From positions 5-64,004 of the forward strand of contig JBBDJQ010000002.1 of the NCBI GenBank assembly GCA_040879765.1: a stretch of DNA of 64,000 bases, read 5' to 3'. The notes below the pieces were generated by a model, which did not search any database, was not told where the DNA came from, and saw only the letters and a list, made by a program, of their open reading frames with translations. The DNA is from Candidatus Pacearchaeota archaeon (lineage in GTDB: Archaea; Nanobdellota; Nanobdellia; Pacearchaeales; GW2011-AR1). Shown piece by piece: positions 9,302 through 18,443 of the stretch. Numbering within the stretch: the first letter of the stretch is position 1; every line of letters starts with the position of its first letter. The translations under genes and the position numbers were made by a program.

Positions 9302-9726
9302 ATAAAAAATCAATTTTATACGGCATCCTTGCAGGTCTTGGCTTATTCAGTTTATACATTTTAATTGTTTCCTTCTTTCAGGGATTTCAATTTGCAATTT
9401 TAAATTTCAAAAGTTTATGGTTTTGGATTATACCCTTGGTGGCTGGCTTCGGAACCCAAATAGGACTTTACACATCAATAAAACATACTGCAGAAATGAC
9501 AGGAACCGTGGCTGTTTCAGGAACAATCTCTGGAGGATCAATGCTTGCCTGTTGTAGTCATTTTCTTTTAAACATAATTCCAGTAGTTGGTTTTTCTGGA
9601 ATTGCAATTTTTTTAGTGAAATATCAAACAGTCTTTTTTGGCATAGGAATAATTTCCAACATAATTGGAATAGGTTTTTTATTTAATCATAAAAGAAAAA
9701 TGAAAGGGGGTTGTCATAGTGAATAG
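9283..9726 (+). CDS. membrane protein with an intramembrane vicinal Cys pair (ACCSHF), MerT/MerF-like pattern
   Basis: 4 TM helices. CC followed by a Pro within a TM helix, reminiscent of heavy-metal transporters. Confidence 0.35.
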   Translation: MLQKMVDKKSILYGILAGLGLFSLYILIVSFFQGFQFAILNFKSLWFWIIPLVAGFGTQIGLYTSIKHTAEMTGTVAVSGTISGGSMLACCSHFLLNIIPVVGFSGIAIFLVKYQTVFFGIGIISNIIGIGFLFNHKRKMKGGCHSE

Positions 9727-9949
9727 TAAAATAATACTGTGGATTTTAGTGGCATTAGCAGTGTTAACTCTTATGGTTTTTATATTTTTTCCGTATGCGG
9801 GGCATGCAATAAAAGATTTTGGAGCAAATCAATATTCAAATAGTGATGGGGACATATGTTCTCCTCCTGAAGGGACTAGTAAAGAAGACTGGGAAGATCA
9901 TATGAGTCATCACCCAAATATCTATAGAAGTTGTTTGGAGAGAATATAA
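9719..9949 (+). CDS. small membrane-anchored His/Cys-rich protein
   Basis: One TM helix. C-terminal HMSHHP and CLE cysteine. Confidence 0.35.
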   Translation: MNSKIILWILVALAVLTLMVFIFFPYAGHAIKDFGANQYSNSDGDICSPPEGTSKEDWEDHMSHHPNIYRSCLERI

Positions 9950-9973
9950 AAAGAAGAGACCATTCAATAAAAA

Positions 9974-10459
9974 ATGAAAACACAAATTTTATTTTTAATG
10001 GGATTGATTTTTCTTTCAGTTTTTGTAATTGCACATTCTGAAGACACTTTCACGGAAGCCGAAAAGATAATAATGCAAAAAATTCCTTGTGAAAATTTAA
10101 CAAATGAACAACTAGAAATTGTTGGAGATTATTATATGGAACAAATGCATCCTGGAGAGCTTCACGAAGCAATGGATGAAATGATGGGTGGCGAGGGGAG
10201 TGAATCTCTTAAAGAGAATCACATAAATATTGCCCTGTCTTTTTATTGTGGAAAACATCAGGAATTTTCATCTGGAATGATGAACATAATGATGGGAAGG
10301 GACAGCTATTATGGATATGGAATGATGGAGGGTTATTATTATAGGGCAAATCCCCTATTATTTTTATTTAATGCTATTCTAATAATAATCCTTATTTTAT
10401 TTATAATTTGGATTTTAAAGAAAATTTTAGAAAATAAAAAACGTGGGAAAAGAAAATGA
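9974..10459 (+). CDS. secreted Met/His-rich putative copper-binding protein with C-terminal TM anchor
   Basis: Signal peptide. MxxxM/H-rich tracts (MEQMHPGELHEAMDEMMGG, SGMMNIMMG, YGYGMMEGYYY). Confidence 0.5.
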   Translation: MKTQILFLMGLIFLSVFVIAHSEDTFTEAEKIIMQKIPCENLTNEQLEIVGDYYMEQMHPGELHEAMDEMMGGEGSESLKENHINIALSFYCGKHQEFSSGMMNIMMGRDSYYGYGMMEGYYYRANPLLFLFNAILIIILILFIIWILKKILENKKRGKRK

Positions 10460-10875
10460 GTTATGGAATTAGCAAAAAAACAGATTTGGAGTTTAACATT
10501 GCTGTTAAAAAAGTAAAGTATGAACTCAAGAAAGAAGGATTTGGAGTTTTGACCGAGATTGATGTTAAAAAAACCTTAAAGGAAAAATTAGATGTTGACT
10601 ATGACAACTATGTTATTCTTGGATCATGCAATCCTCCTTTTGCATACAAGGCTCTTCTTGCAGAGAAGGAAATTGGTTTGCTTCTGCCCTGTAATGTTAT
10701 TATATATTCTTCAAACGGAAAGACTTTTGTTTCAGCGATAAATCCCGAAGAAGCCATGGCCATGATTAATAATCAAAAGTTAAGAGAAATATCCAAAGAA
10801 GTTGGAAAAAGGCTAAAAAAAGTAATTAATAGCATAAATAAAAATAAGGGAGGTGCAAATGGCTCAAAAGCTTGA
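10456..10875 (+). CDS. DUF302 domain protein
   Basis: Sequence pattern typical of DUF302 (PF03625), a family often found in metal-stress loci. Confidence 0.5.
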   Translation: MSYGISKKTDLEFNIAVKKVKYELKKEGFGVLTEIDVKKTLKEKLDVDYDNYVILGSCNPPFAYKALLAEKEIGLLLPCNVIIYSSNGKTFVSAINPEEAMAMINNQKLREISKEVGKRLKKVINSINKNKGGANGSKA

Positions 10876-11104
10876 CGAAAAGGCTCTTGCATACAGTCTT
10901 GCCACAATCTCAGCGGCAGGGATGCTTATTCTAGGGATATTTGGGTACGCAGGAATTTATTCCGGTGCTGTTGGTATGATGATGCAATGGCACATGTATT
11001 TCAGAATAAGCCCATTGTGGATTTTATTAGGAATGGTGGAGGCAGCAATATGGGGATTCATTGCAGGATATGCAACTGCATGGGTTTACAATAAATTTAC
11101 ATAA
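10853..11104 (+). CDS. small two-TM membrane protein
   Basis: 83-aa hydrophobic protein. Overlaps the end of the DUF302 gene. Confidence 0.35.
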   Translation: MQMAQKLDEKALAYSLATISAAGMLILGIFGYAGIYSGAVGMMMQWHMYFRISPLWILLGMVEAAIWGFIAGYATAWVYNKFT

Positions 11105-11150
11105 AATTTAAATGAAAACATTTAAATATTAATATGTTATATATTATCAT

Positions 11151-11513
11151 ATGATAAATAAGAGCATATTAAAAAAAGGCAGAAATAAAGGATTTAATGA
11201 CGAGGAGATTTATGAAGCCTACAAGATATTTTTTGGGACCCTTGTTTCTGAACAAAGATTAAAAATCATAAATTTCCTCAGAAAAGGCAAAAAAAGTGTT
11301 TCAGAGATAATGAAGGAACTAAGAATGAATCAAACATCAGTGTCTCACAATTTATCCAGATTAAAAAAATGTGGGTTCGTAAAATCAGAGATTAAAGGGA
11401 AATACCGTTATTATGAATTGGATAAAAAAACTATTCTGCCTTTAATGAATCTAATTAACAAACACATGCTGTCTAATTGTATCCACATATTAAACAATAA
11501 GAAAAAAGCATGA
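11151..11513 (+). CDS. ArsR/SmtB-family metalloregulatory transcriptional repressor
   Basis: HTH segment SVSEIMKELRMNQTSVSHNLSRLKKCGFV. Translationally coupled to copA. Confidence 0.7.
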   Translation: MINKSILKKGRNKGFNDEEIYEAYKIFFGTLVSEQRLKIINFLRKGKKSVSEIMKELRMNQTSVSHNLSRLKKCGFVKSEIKGKYRYYELDKKTILPLMNLINKHMLSNCIHILNNKKKA

Positions 11514-13711
11514 GGGAAATAAAGATAGATATAGATGGCATGAATTGTGCATCTTGTGCAACAAATATAGAAAAAAGTTTCAGAAAAATTAAAGGAGTGA
11601 AAAAAGCATCGGTCAACCTTATGGCTAAAAAAGGGTTCATTGAAACTGAAAAAGAGATGAGTGATAAGGAAATAGAAGAAGCCGTCTCAAGAGCTGGGGA
11701 TTACAGAGTTTTAAAATTAAATAATAAAGATCTTAATAAGGATGGGAAAAATAACCCACCTAGGCATGAAAACCATGATCATTCTAGAAAGGTTGAAGAA
11801 AAGGAAATAAATTTATGGAAAAAGAAAATGCTTTGGGCATGGATTATTACGATCCCCATAGCCTTCATCATGTTTTCTGAAAGATTATTCGGCATAAAAT
11901 TATTTGATGAGATTACCATGACGATTGTGCTTCTAATTTTATCATTCCCGGTTATATTTATAATAGGTTTTTCAACTCTCAGAGGGGGATTAAGAGGATT
12001 TATTAATTTGTATTTCAACATGGATTCTCTCATCGCTCTTGGAACAATTATAGCCTATGCCACAGGGATAATGAGTTTATTCATGAATATTCTAGATTAC
12101 TCTGGAATTGCTTCAATGATCATGGCTTTTTTCATAACAGGAAAATATGTTGAAACAAAGGCAAGAGGAAAGGCAAGTCAAGAAATTAAAAAATTGCTTG
12201 AACTCGGAGCTAAGAAAGCAAGAATTTTAAGAAAAAATAAAGAAATTGAAATTCCAATTTCAGAAGTTGTAGAAGGGGATGTTATGATAATAAAACCAGG
12301 TGAAAAAGTTCCCACAGATGGTATAATTATAAAAGGTGAAAGCAGCGTGGATGAAAGCATGGTTACTGGAGAAAGCATTCCTTCAGACAAATTAAAAGGG
12401 GACAATATTATTGGTTCTACCATAAATCAGGATGGGATTTTATATGTGAAGGCTACAAAAGTTGGGAAGGATACTTTTTTGTCACACATAATAAAACTTG
12501 TCGAAAATGCTCAAGGAACAAAAATTCCCATACAAAGATTTGCCGATAAAGTAACTAGTATTTTTGTGCCAGTCATACTGGCAATAACTGTTTTAACATT
12601 CTTTGCATGGATGTTCATCTTAGATGCGAGTCTAAGTCGAGCCGTAGGAGTTTCAGTTTCAGTATTGGTTATAGCCTGCCCCTGCGCATTAGGTTTAGCA
12701 ACTCCAACCGCCCTCATGGTTGGAAGCGGAATGGGAGCCAAAAAGGGAATTTTAATTAGAAGAGGCGAAGCAATACAAACTATGAAAGAAATAAAAATAA
12801 TTATATTTGATAAAACTGGCACTATCACAAAAGGTCATCCAGAAGTAAAAAAAATTTATTCAAAAATAAAAGAAAGCTATCTTCTTGAAATAGCTGCTAG
12901 CATAGAAAAACTCAGCGAGCATCCGTTATCAAAAGCAATTGTTGAAAAAGCCAATCTAAAAAAATACAAGCCTGTTAAAAATTTTAAAATCATAAGAGGA
13001 AAAGGTGTTGAAGGAAAAATAGGAAACAAATTAATTCTTATAGGGAATAGCTTATTGATGAAAGAAAGGGGAGTTTTGCTTAAAGAAATTAGGAGTAAGA
13101 TAAAAAGTTTTGAGGAAAAGGGCTACACTTCGATGATTGTATCTGAAAACAAAAAACCTCTGGGAGTGATTGGCGTTGCTGATGCAGTAAAAGAAGATTC
13201 AATTTCTTCTATAAAAGAGTTGAAAAATCAAGGCTATAGGATTGTCATGATTACGGGAGATAATGAAAGAACCGCAAAGGCAATTGCTAAACAAGTTGGC
13301 ATAAAAGAGGTAATAGCTAATGTTCTTCCTGATGACAAGGCAAAAATAGTAAAAAAAATGAAATCTAAAGGTATGACAGCATTTGTAGGAGATGGAATAA
13401 ATGATGCTCCTGCACTGAAGGAAAGCAATGTCGGGATAGCCCTCGGAACAGGAACTGATATCGCAATAGAGTCTGGAGACATAGTTCTTTCAAAAGGCTC
13501 ATTAAAGGGGGTTGTTCAGGCAATAAACCTAAGCAAGGCAACTTTTGGAAAAATAAAACAAAATTTATTCTGGGCCTTTGCATATAACACTCTTGCAATT
13601 CCTCTGGCCATCGCAGGTTTCTTACATCCGGTAATAGCTGAAATTGCAATGGCCTTAAGCTCTATAACTGTTGTTGGTAATGCAAATCTATTAAGAAGAA
13701 AAAAGATATAA
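11510..13711 (+). CDS. copA: copper(I)-translocating P1B-type ATPase
   Basis: N-terminal HMA domain (GMNCASCA), CPC transmembrane motif, DKTGTIT, GDGINDAP. Confidence 0.9.
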   Translation: MREIKIDIDGMNCASCATNIEKSFRKIKGVKKASVNLMAKKGFIETEKEMSDKEIEEAVSRAGDYRVLKLNNKDLNKDGKNNPPRHENHDHSRKVEEKEINLWKKKMLWAWIITIPIAFIMFSERLFGIKLFDEITMTIVLLILSFPVIFIIGFSTLRGGLRGFINLYFNMDSLIALGTIIAYATGIMSLFMNILDYSGIASMIMAFFITGKYVETKARGKASQEIKKLLELGAKKARILRKNKEIEIPISEVVEGDVMIIKPGEKVPTDGIIIKGESSVDESMVTGESIPSDKLKGDNIIGSTINQDGILYVKATKVGKDTFLSHIIKLVENAQGTKIPIQRFADKVTSIFVPVILAITVLTFFAWMFILDASLSRAVGVSVSVLVIACPCALGLATPTALMVGSGMGAKKGILIRRGEAIQTMKEIKIIIFDKTGTITKGHPEVKKIYSKIKESYLLEIAASIEKLSEHPLSKAIVEKANLKKYKPVKNFKIIRGKGVEGKIGNKLILIGNSLLMKERGVLLKEIRSKIKSFEEKGYTSMIVSENKKPLGVIGVADAVKEDSISSIKELKNQGYRIVMITGDNERTAKAIAKQVGIKEVIANVLPDDKAKIVKKMKSKGMTAFVGDGINDAPALKESNVGIALGTGTDIAIESGDIVLSKGSLKGVVQAINLSKATFGKIKQNLFWAFAYNTLAIPLAIAGFLHPVIAEIAMALSSITVVGNANLLRRKKI

Positions 13712-13768
13712 TTGATAAGGTTTTTGCAATTCAATATCTTTAAAAAACTCTTTTGTTTTATTTTGTTT

Positions 13769-14569
13769 ATGTATGTAATAAAGGCTTCAGGAAAAAAAGA
13801 GGAATTTAATTCAGATAAGATTTTTAGAACTTTAGAAAAGGCGGGGGCATCAAAGGAACTTGCCATGGAGATTGTTTCAAAAGTTCAAAAGAAAGTTCAT
13901 GATGGAACCACAACTAAAGAAATTTTAAATTCTGCACTGAGGTTATTGAGAAATAGAAATCCTGTAGTTTGTGAAAGATATGATTTGAAAAGAGCAATAA
14001 TGTCTCTTGGCCCAACAGGATTTCCATTCGAGAAATTTTTTTCAAGAATTTTAGAAAATTATGGTTATAAAACAGAAGTTGGACAAATTGTAAAAGGAAG
14101 AATAACCAGGCATGAGATTGATATAATCGCAGAAAAAAATTCTAAGAGATACATGGTTGAGTTGAAATATCACAATTCTCTAGGGATTTATACAAGATTG
14201 AAAACCGTGCTCTATGTTTATGCCAGATTTTTAGATTTAAAGGGAAAATTTGATCAGCCTTGGATTGCAACAAATACAAAATTATCTCATCAAGCAAGGA
14301 GATATGCTGATGGAATGCATATGAAAATAACAAGCTGGGAATACCCTGAAGGGAAATCTCTTTCGGAAATGATAGATTACAAAAAGCTTTATCCTGTTAC
14401 GATTCTAAAATCAGTTAATAAAAAAATAATTCACCAACTTTGTAAAGCGGATATGATGCTTTCTAAAGATTTATTGGATATTGATGAGAAAGAATTAATG
14501 AAAAGAACCAACCTCTCTCTAGAAATGGTCCAGAGAATTTTAAAAGAGGCTAGACAAGTTTGTGGTTAG
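13769..14569 (+). CDS. ATP-cone domain fused to a PD-(D/E)xK (Mrr-like restriction endonuclease) domain, with C-terminal HhH-like tail
   Basis: MYVIKASGKKEEFNSDKIF... matches the ATP-cone N-terminus. Nuclease core is RHEIDIIAEKNSKRYMVELKYH. The ORF track begins at 13712; I prefer the Met at 13769. Confidence 0.55.
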   Translation: MYVIKASGKKEEFNSDKIFRTLEKAGASKELAMEIVSKVQKKVHDGTTTKEILNSALRLLRNRNPVVCERYDLKRAIMSLGPTGFPFEKFFSRILENYGYKTEVGQIVKGRITRHEIDIIAEKNSKRYMVELKYHNSLGIYTRLKTVLYVYARFLDLKGKFDQPWIATNTKLSHQARRYADGMHMKITSWEYPEGKSLSEMIDYKKLYPVTILKSVNKKIIHQLCKADMMLSKDLLDIDEKELMKRTNLSLEMVQRILKEARQVCG

Positions 14570-14648
14570 GAGAAAACTAAGAAAAAAGTTTTCACTCAAA
14601 AATAATCATAAAACTTTAAATACTTTTTATTTCTAAAGAAACTAAATC

Positions 14649-14695
14649 GTACAATTTATTGTAATGTATAACTTATATGATACAATATATAGTAT
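14649..14695. promoter_or_regulatory. two tandem NrdR-box-like 16-bp palindromes (centres about 31 bp apart) overlapping a TATA-like element upstream of nrdR
   Basis: GTACAATTTATTGTAA and ATACAATATATAGTAT, compared with the NrdR box consensus acaCwAtATaTwGtgt. TTATATGA lies at about -30 from the ATG. Confidence 0.5.
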
Positions 14696-14707
14696 GGGAA
14701 AAGGATA

Positions 14708-15151
14708 ATGGATTGTCCATATTGCGCTAACAACACATCAAAAGTAACAAATAAGAGAGAAGCCCCTCAAGGAATAAGGAGAAGGAGGGAGTGTTTGAAA
14801 TGCAGCAAGAGATTTACAACATATGAAAAAGTAGATAGTGGAAAATTGTATGTTATAAAGAAGGATGATTCAAGACAGAAGTTTATTAGAGAAAAACTTG
14901 AAGCAGGGATTGAGAGGGCTTTCGAGAAAAGACCAACAAAAAAAGAAGATATAGAAAAAATGATAAGGGAAATTGAGGAACAAATAAGGAGAAAGGGAAA
15001 AAGAGAGATAAAAACTTCAACAATTGGAGAATTAGTTGCAAGAAAAATAAAGAAATTAGATAACGTTGCCTACATAAGGTTTGCTTCTGTTTACAGAGAT
15101 TTTCAAGACGTTAAAGATTTTTCTGAAGAATTAAGGGGGTTGGAAAAATAA
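14708..15151 (+). CDS. nrdR: NrdR transcriptional repressor (Zn ribbon + ATP cone)
   Basis: CPYC...CLKC zinc ribbon followed by an ATP cone. 147 aa. Confidence 0.85.
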   Translation: MDCPYCANNTSKVTNKREAPQGIRRRRECLKCSKRFTTYEKVDSGKLYVIKKDDSRQKFIREKLEAGIERAFEKRPTKKEDIEKMIREIEEQIRRKGKREIKTSTIGELVARKIKKLDNVAYIRFASVYRDFQDVKDFSEELRGLEK

Positions 15152-15152
15152 A

Positions 15153-17810
15153 ATGAATGATGTTGCACTTAAAGAGATAATTATAGCAGAAAGAATTCAA
15201 GCACAAAAAGGAAATCTCCCTGATTACGTTGAAGCTAGAGAATTTGAAGAAAGAGTTGGTGGAAATAGGAAATATGCTTTTGAAAAAAAATACTCTCACA
15301 GAAATGAATCTGGAGAGATTGTTGAAAGTCCTTCGGAAGCCATATATAGGATGGCGCTCACAATGGCAGAAGTTGAAGAAAGCTATGGTGCAACGCCTGA
15401 ACAAGTTGAACAGCATGCTGAAGATTTTTTTAATATAATTTCAAAAGAAAGGTTTTCTCCAGGAGGAAGAATATGGACTAATGCGGGGACAAAGATTAAA
15501 GGTTTGTTTAATTGTTATGTTCTTCCAGTTCATGATAGCATGGACAAAGATGAAGAAGGGAGTATTTATGATTCTGTTGCAAATGCTGCAATGATTCACA
15601 AGAATGGAGGAGGAACTGGATATAATTTTTCAGAGCTAAGACCAAGAGGTACTTTTGTTCAGAGCTCAAAAGGAATCGCTTCTGGACCAGTATCTTTCAT
15701 TGGACAATTTGATAAAGAAACTGAAATTATAAATTCTGGTAATCGTAGAGGTGCAAATATGGGGATTCTTGATGTTACTCATCCAGATATTTTAGATTTT
15801 ATTTATGCTAAATCTAAAAGGGGGGAAATGACTAATTTCAATGTTTCAATAGGTGCTTTTGATAGATTTATGGGAGCCGCAAGAGATAAAGAATTTTATG
15901 GGCTTGAATTTCCTGAAGGAAAGCCATTACATTATACTTCTCTTGAACAAATGGTCAGAAATATAGAAGAAAATAAACTTGGAGCATCGGGAGTTGGAGA
16001 GGAACCAAGACCAGCATCATTAAGACTTGGATCAAAAGAAATAATTCCAGGAAAAACAGAAGTTGTAGATTCATTTTCTGGTGAAGTTGCAGGAAGAGTT
16101 AATAAAGAAGGGAATGTTGAACTTTATGCCCCTTATGTTTTAGATAGGGTTGCTAAATTGGCACATGAAACTGCAGATCCGGGGATGATATTTCTAGATA
16201 AAATAAACAAGACAAATCCATTACCAAAACTTGGACCCATAAAAGCTACAAATCCTTGTGGAGAACAGCCTCTTCATCCATATGATGCATGCAACTTAGG
16301 GAGTACATTGCTTTCAAATTTTGTTATTGAGAATGAAAATGGAGAGAATGAAATTGACTATGATGGTTTAGAAGATACTGTAAGGATAGCTACAAGATTC
16401 ATGGATAATGTAAATGATGCAAATAAAGGTCCGATTCAAAAAGTTGAAGAAACGGTTAAAAGTCATAGAAGAATTGGAATGGGAGTTATGGGTTTAGCAG
16501 ACATGTTGATTGAAATGGGTGTTCAATATGATTCAGAAGAAGGACGAGATTTAGCAAGAGAAGTTATGGGCTTTCAAACAAATATTGCAAAAGAAACTTC
16601 GGTTAATTTAGCCAAAGAAAAAGGCGTCTTTCCCGCTTTTGAAGGAAGTGCTTACGATACTGGGAAAGAGGAAGACAGAGTCAGAAACATTGATAGAACA
16701 ACTATTGCACCAACTGGAACAATCTCTATGCTATATGATGTTTCTTCGGGAGTAGAACCAATCTTTTCGGTCTTGTGGACAAAACATATTAGGGGAGGAG
16801 ATGCCCTACAATATGTTCATCCTGTTTTTGAAAAAGAATGCAAAAAAAGAGGAATAGATATAGATAAGGTTATTCCATTAATAGAAGAAAATCAGGGGGG
16901 TGTTCAAGGAATAGAAATTATACCTGAAGATATGCAAAGACTTTTCAAAACTGCTCTTGATATTAAATATGAAGACCACATACTTATGCAGGCGGCCATC
17001 CAAGAAAAGGTTGATAATGCAGTTAGCAAAACTATAAACATGCCAAACTCAGCAACTATTGAGGATGTTAAAAGTGCATACATTATGGCTTGGGAAAATG
17101 ATTTGAAGGGGATAACTGTTTACAGAGATGGTTCAAAATCTGTTCAAGTTCTAACAACAGGACATGGAAATAAAAAAGAAGAAGTAATAGATGAAAATAT
17201 CCCTTCTGTAAACAATCCCATGAAAATTCCGAGCTTCATGCCTGCTTTTAAGATTAAACAAAATACTCCTTTTGGAAATATGCATTTAAAATTCATAATA
17301 GATCCTAAAAGAGATTATGCGCCCGTTGAAGTTTTTGGTAGTTTAGGAAATGCCGGAGAAGATGAAGCTGCAAACATGGAAGGACTTGGAAGATTAACTT
17401 CTCTCTGGTTAAGGAGTGGGGGCGGTTTAGAAGGAATTATTAGTCAATTAGAAGGAATTGGTTCTGGAAGGATGACGGTTACAAGAGATGGAGGAATACA
17501 ATCTTTAGAAATGGGTTTTGCAAGAGGTTTGCAAAAATTTGAAGCCATGAGAAAAAATTATAATATGGAAGCAATACTTACTGGAAAACTTGATTATAGC
17601 GAAGTTGAAGGGCAAGTTTCAGATTCATTAAGAACTAGAAATAAAATTGTTAATGGTAAGGATGATGTGGATAGTGAAGAATCTGAAGAAAAAACAAATG
17701 TCAAAAAAAGTGAAAGATGCCCAGACCCAGATGAAATTGGTTGTAAAGGAACATTAATTCAAGAAGAGGGTTGTTCAAAATGTCGTTCTTGCGGATATTC
17801 TAGATGTTAA
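15153..17810 (+). CDS. nrdJ: class II (adenosylcobalamin-dependent) ribonucleotide reductase
   Basis: NPCGEQPL active-site motif, 885 aa, C-terminal Cys tail (CPDPDEIGC...CSKCRSC). No N-terminal ATP cone. Confidence 0.7.
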   Translation: MNDVALKEIIIAERIQAQKGNLPDYVEAREFEERVGGNRKYAFEKKYSHRNESGEIVESPSEAIYRMALTMAEVEESYGATPEQVEQHAEDFFNIISKERFSPGGRIWTNAGTKIKGLFNCYVLPVHDSMDKDEEGSIYDSVANAAMIHKNGGGTGYNFSELRPRGTFVQSSKGIASGPVSFIGQFDKETEIINSGNRRGANMGILDVTHPDILDFIYAKSKRGEMTNFNVSIGAFDRFMGAARDKEFYGLEFPEGKPLHYTSLEQMVRNIEENKLGASGVGEEPRPASLRLGSKEIIPGKTEVVDSFSGEVAGRVNKEGNVELYAPYVLDRVAKLAHETADPGMIFLDKINKTNPLPKLGPIKATNPCGEQPLHPYDACNLGSTLLSNFVIENENGENEIDYDGLEDTVRIATRFMDNVNDANKGPIQKVEETVKSHRRIGMGVMGLADMLIEMGVQYDSEEGRDLAREVMGFQTNIAKETSVNLAKEKGVFPAFEGSAYDTGKEEDRVRNIDRTTIAPTGTISMLYDVSSGVEPIFSVLWTKHIRGGDALQYVHPVFEKECKKRGIDIDKVIPLIEENQGGVQGIEIIPEDMQRLFKTALDIKYEDHILMQAAIQEKVDNAVSKTINMPNSATIEDVKSAYIMAWENDLKGITVYRDGSKSVQVLTTGHGNKKEEVIDENIPSVNNPMKIPSFMPAFKIKQNTPFGNMHLKFIIDPKRDYAPVEVFGSLGNAGEDEAANMEGLGRLTSLWLRSGGGLEGIISQLEGIGSGRMTVTRDGGIQSLEMGFARGLQKFEAMRKNYNMEAILTGKLDYSEVEGQVSDSLRTRNKIVNGKDDVDSEESEEKTNVKKSERCPDPDEIGCKGTLIQEEGCSKCRSCGYSRC

Positions 17811-17860
17811 TTCTACTTTACCACAATTATTCTTAAAAAGCCACTAAAAGTTTCTATCTT

Positions 17861-18394
17861 ATGGTGATTTTATCAGATAATGAAATAAAGAGATATATTG
17901 AAAAAGGAAAAATTGGGATTAGCCCATATGAAGAATCAAATGTTCAAGGAGCTTCTGTAGATTTTAGATTAGGGAGGGGTTTTTTGGTTCCTCCAAACTA
18001 TTATGGAGATTTTGCTAAAGAAGAAGGTATTGTCATTTCTTTGGATAGCAAGGTTAAATATGAGGAAGTTGATGATAGTGAAATCATTTTACCTCCCGGG
18101 CATTTTATTTTAGGGACTACTCTTGAAAAATTAACAATTCCGGATTTCCTTTGTGGAGAAGTTGGAGGAAAAAGTGGTGTTGCTAGAAAAGCCCTAAATA
18201 TAGAAAATGCGGGGCATTTAGGTCCTGGATTTGAAGGTCAAATTACTTTAGAATTATACAATGGATTGGCCTTTCCAATAAAACTAAAGGAAGGAGATGG
18301 GATTTGTCAAGTCCAATTCCATGAGTTATCTTCTGCAGCAACGAAAATTTATAGGGGTAAATTTCAAAATCAAGAAGGTCCAAAGGCTAATTGA
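17861..18394 (+). CDS. dcd: dCTP deaminase (dUTPase fold)
   Basis: Classic N-terminus ILSDNEIKRYI...GASVDFRLG. Confidence 0.8.
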   Translation: MVILSDNEIKRYIEKGKIGISPYEESNVQGASVDFRLGRGFLVPPNYYGDFAKEEGIVISLDSKVKYEEVDDSEIILPPGHFILGTTLEKLTIPDFLCGEVGGKSGVARKALNIENAGHLGPGFEGQITLELYNGLAFPIKLKEGDGICQVQFHELSSAATKIYRGKFQNQEGPKAN

Positions 18395-18443
18395 TATCTT
18401 AGAACACAACTAAATTTATAAATTCATCAAGATAAATTTTATA

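Noticed and set aside
11779-13866. Multiple minus-strand ORFs inside copA and the ATP-cone gene
   Set aside because: They are antisense to a P-type ATPase with all of its motifs and are spurious.
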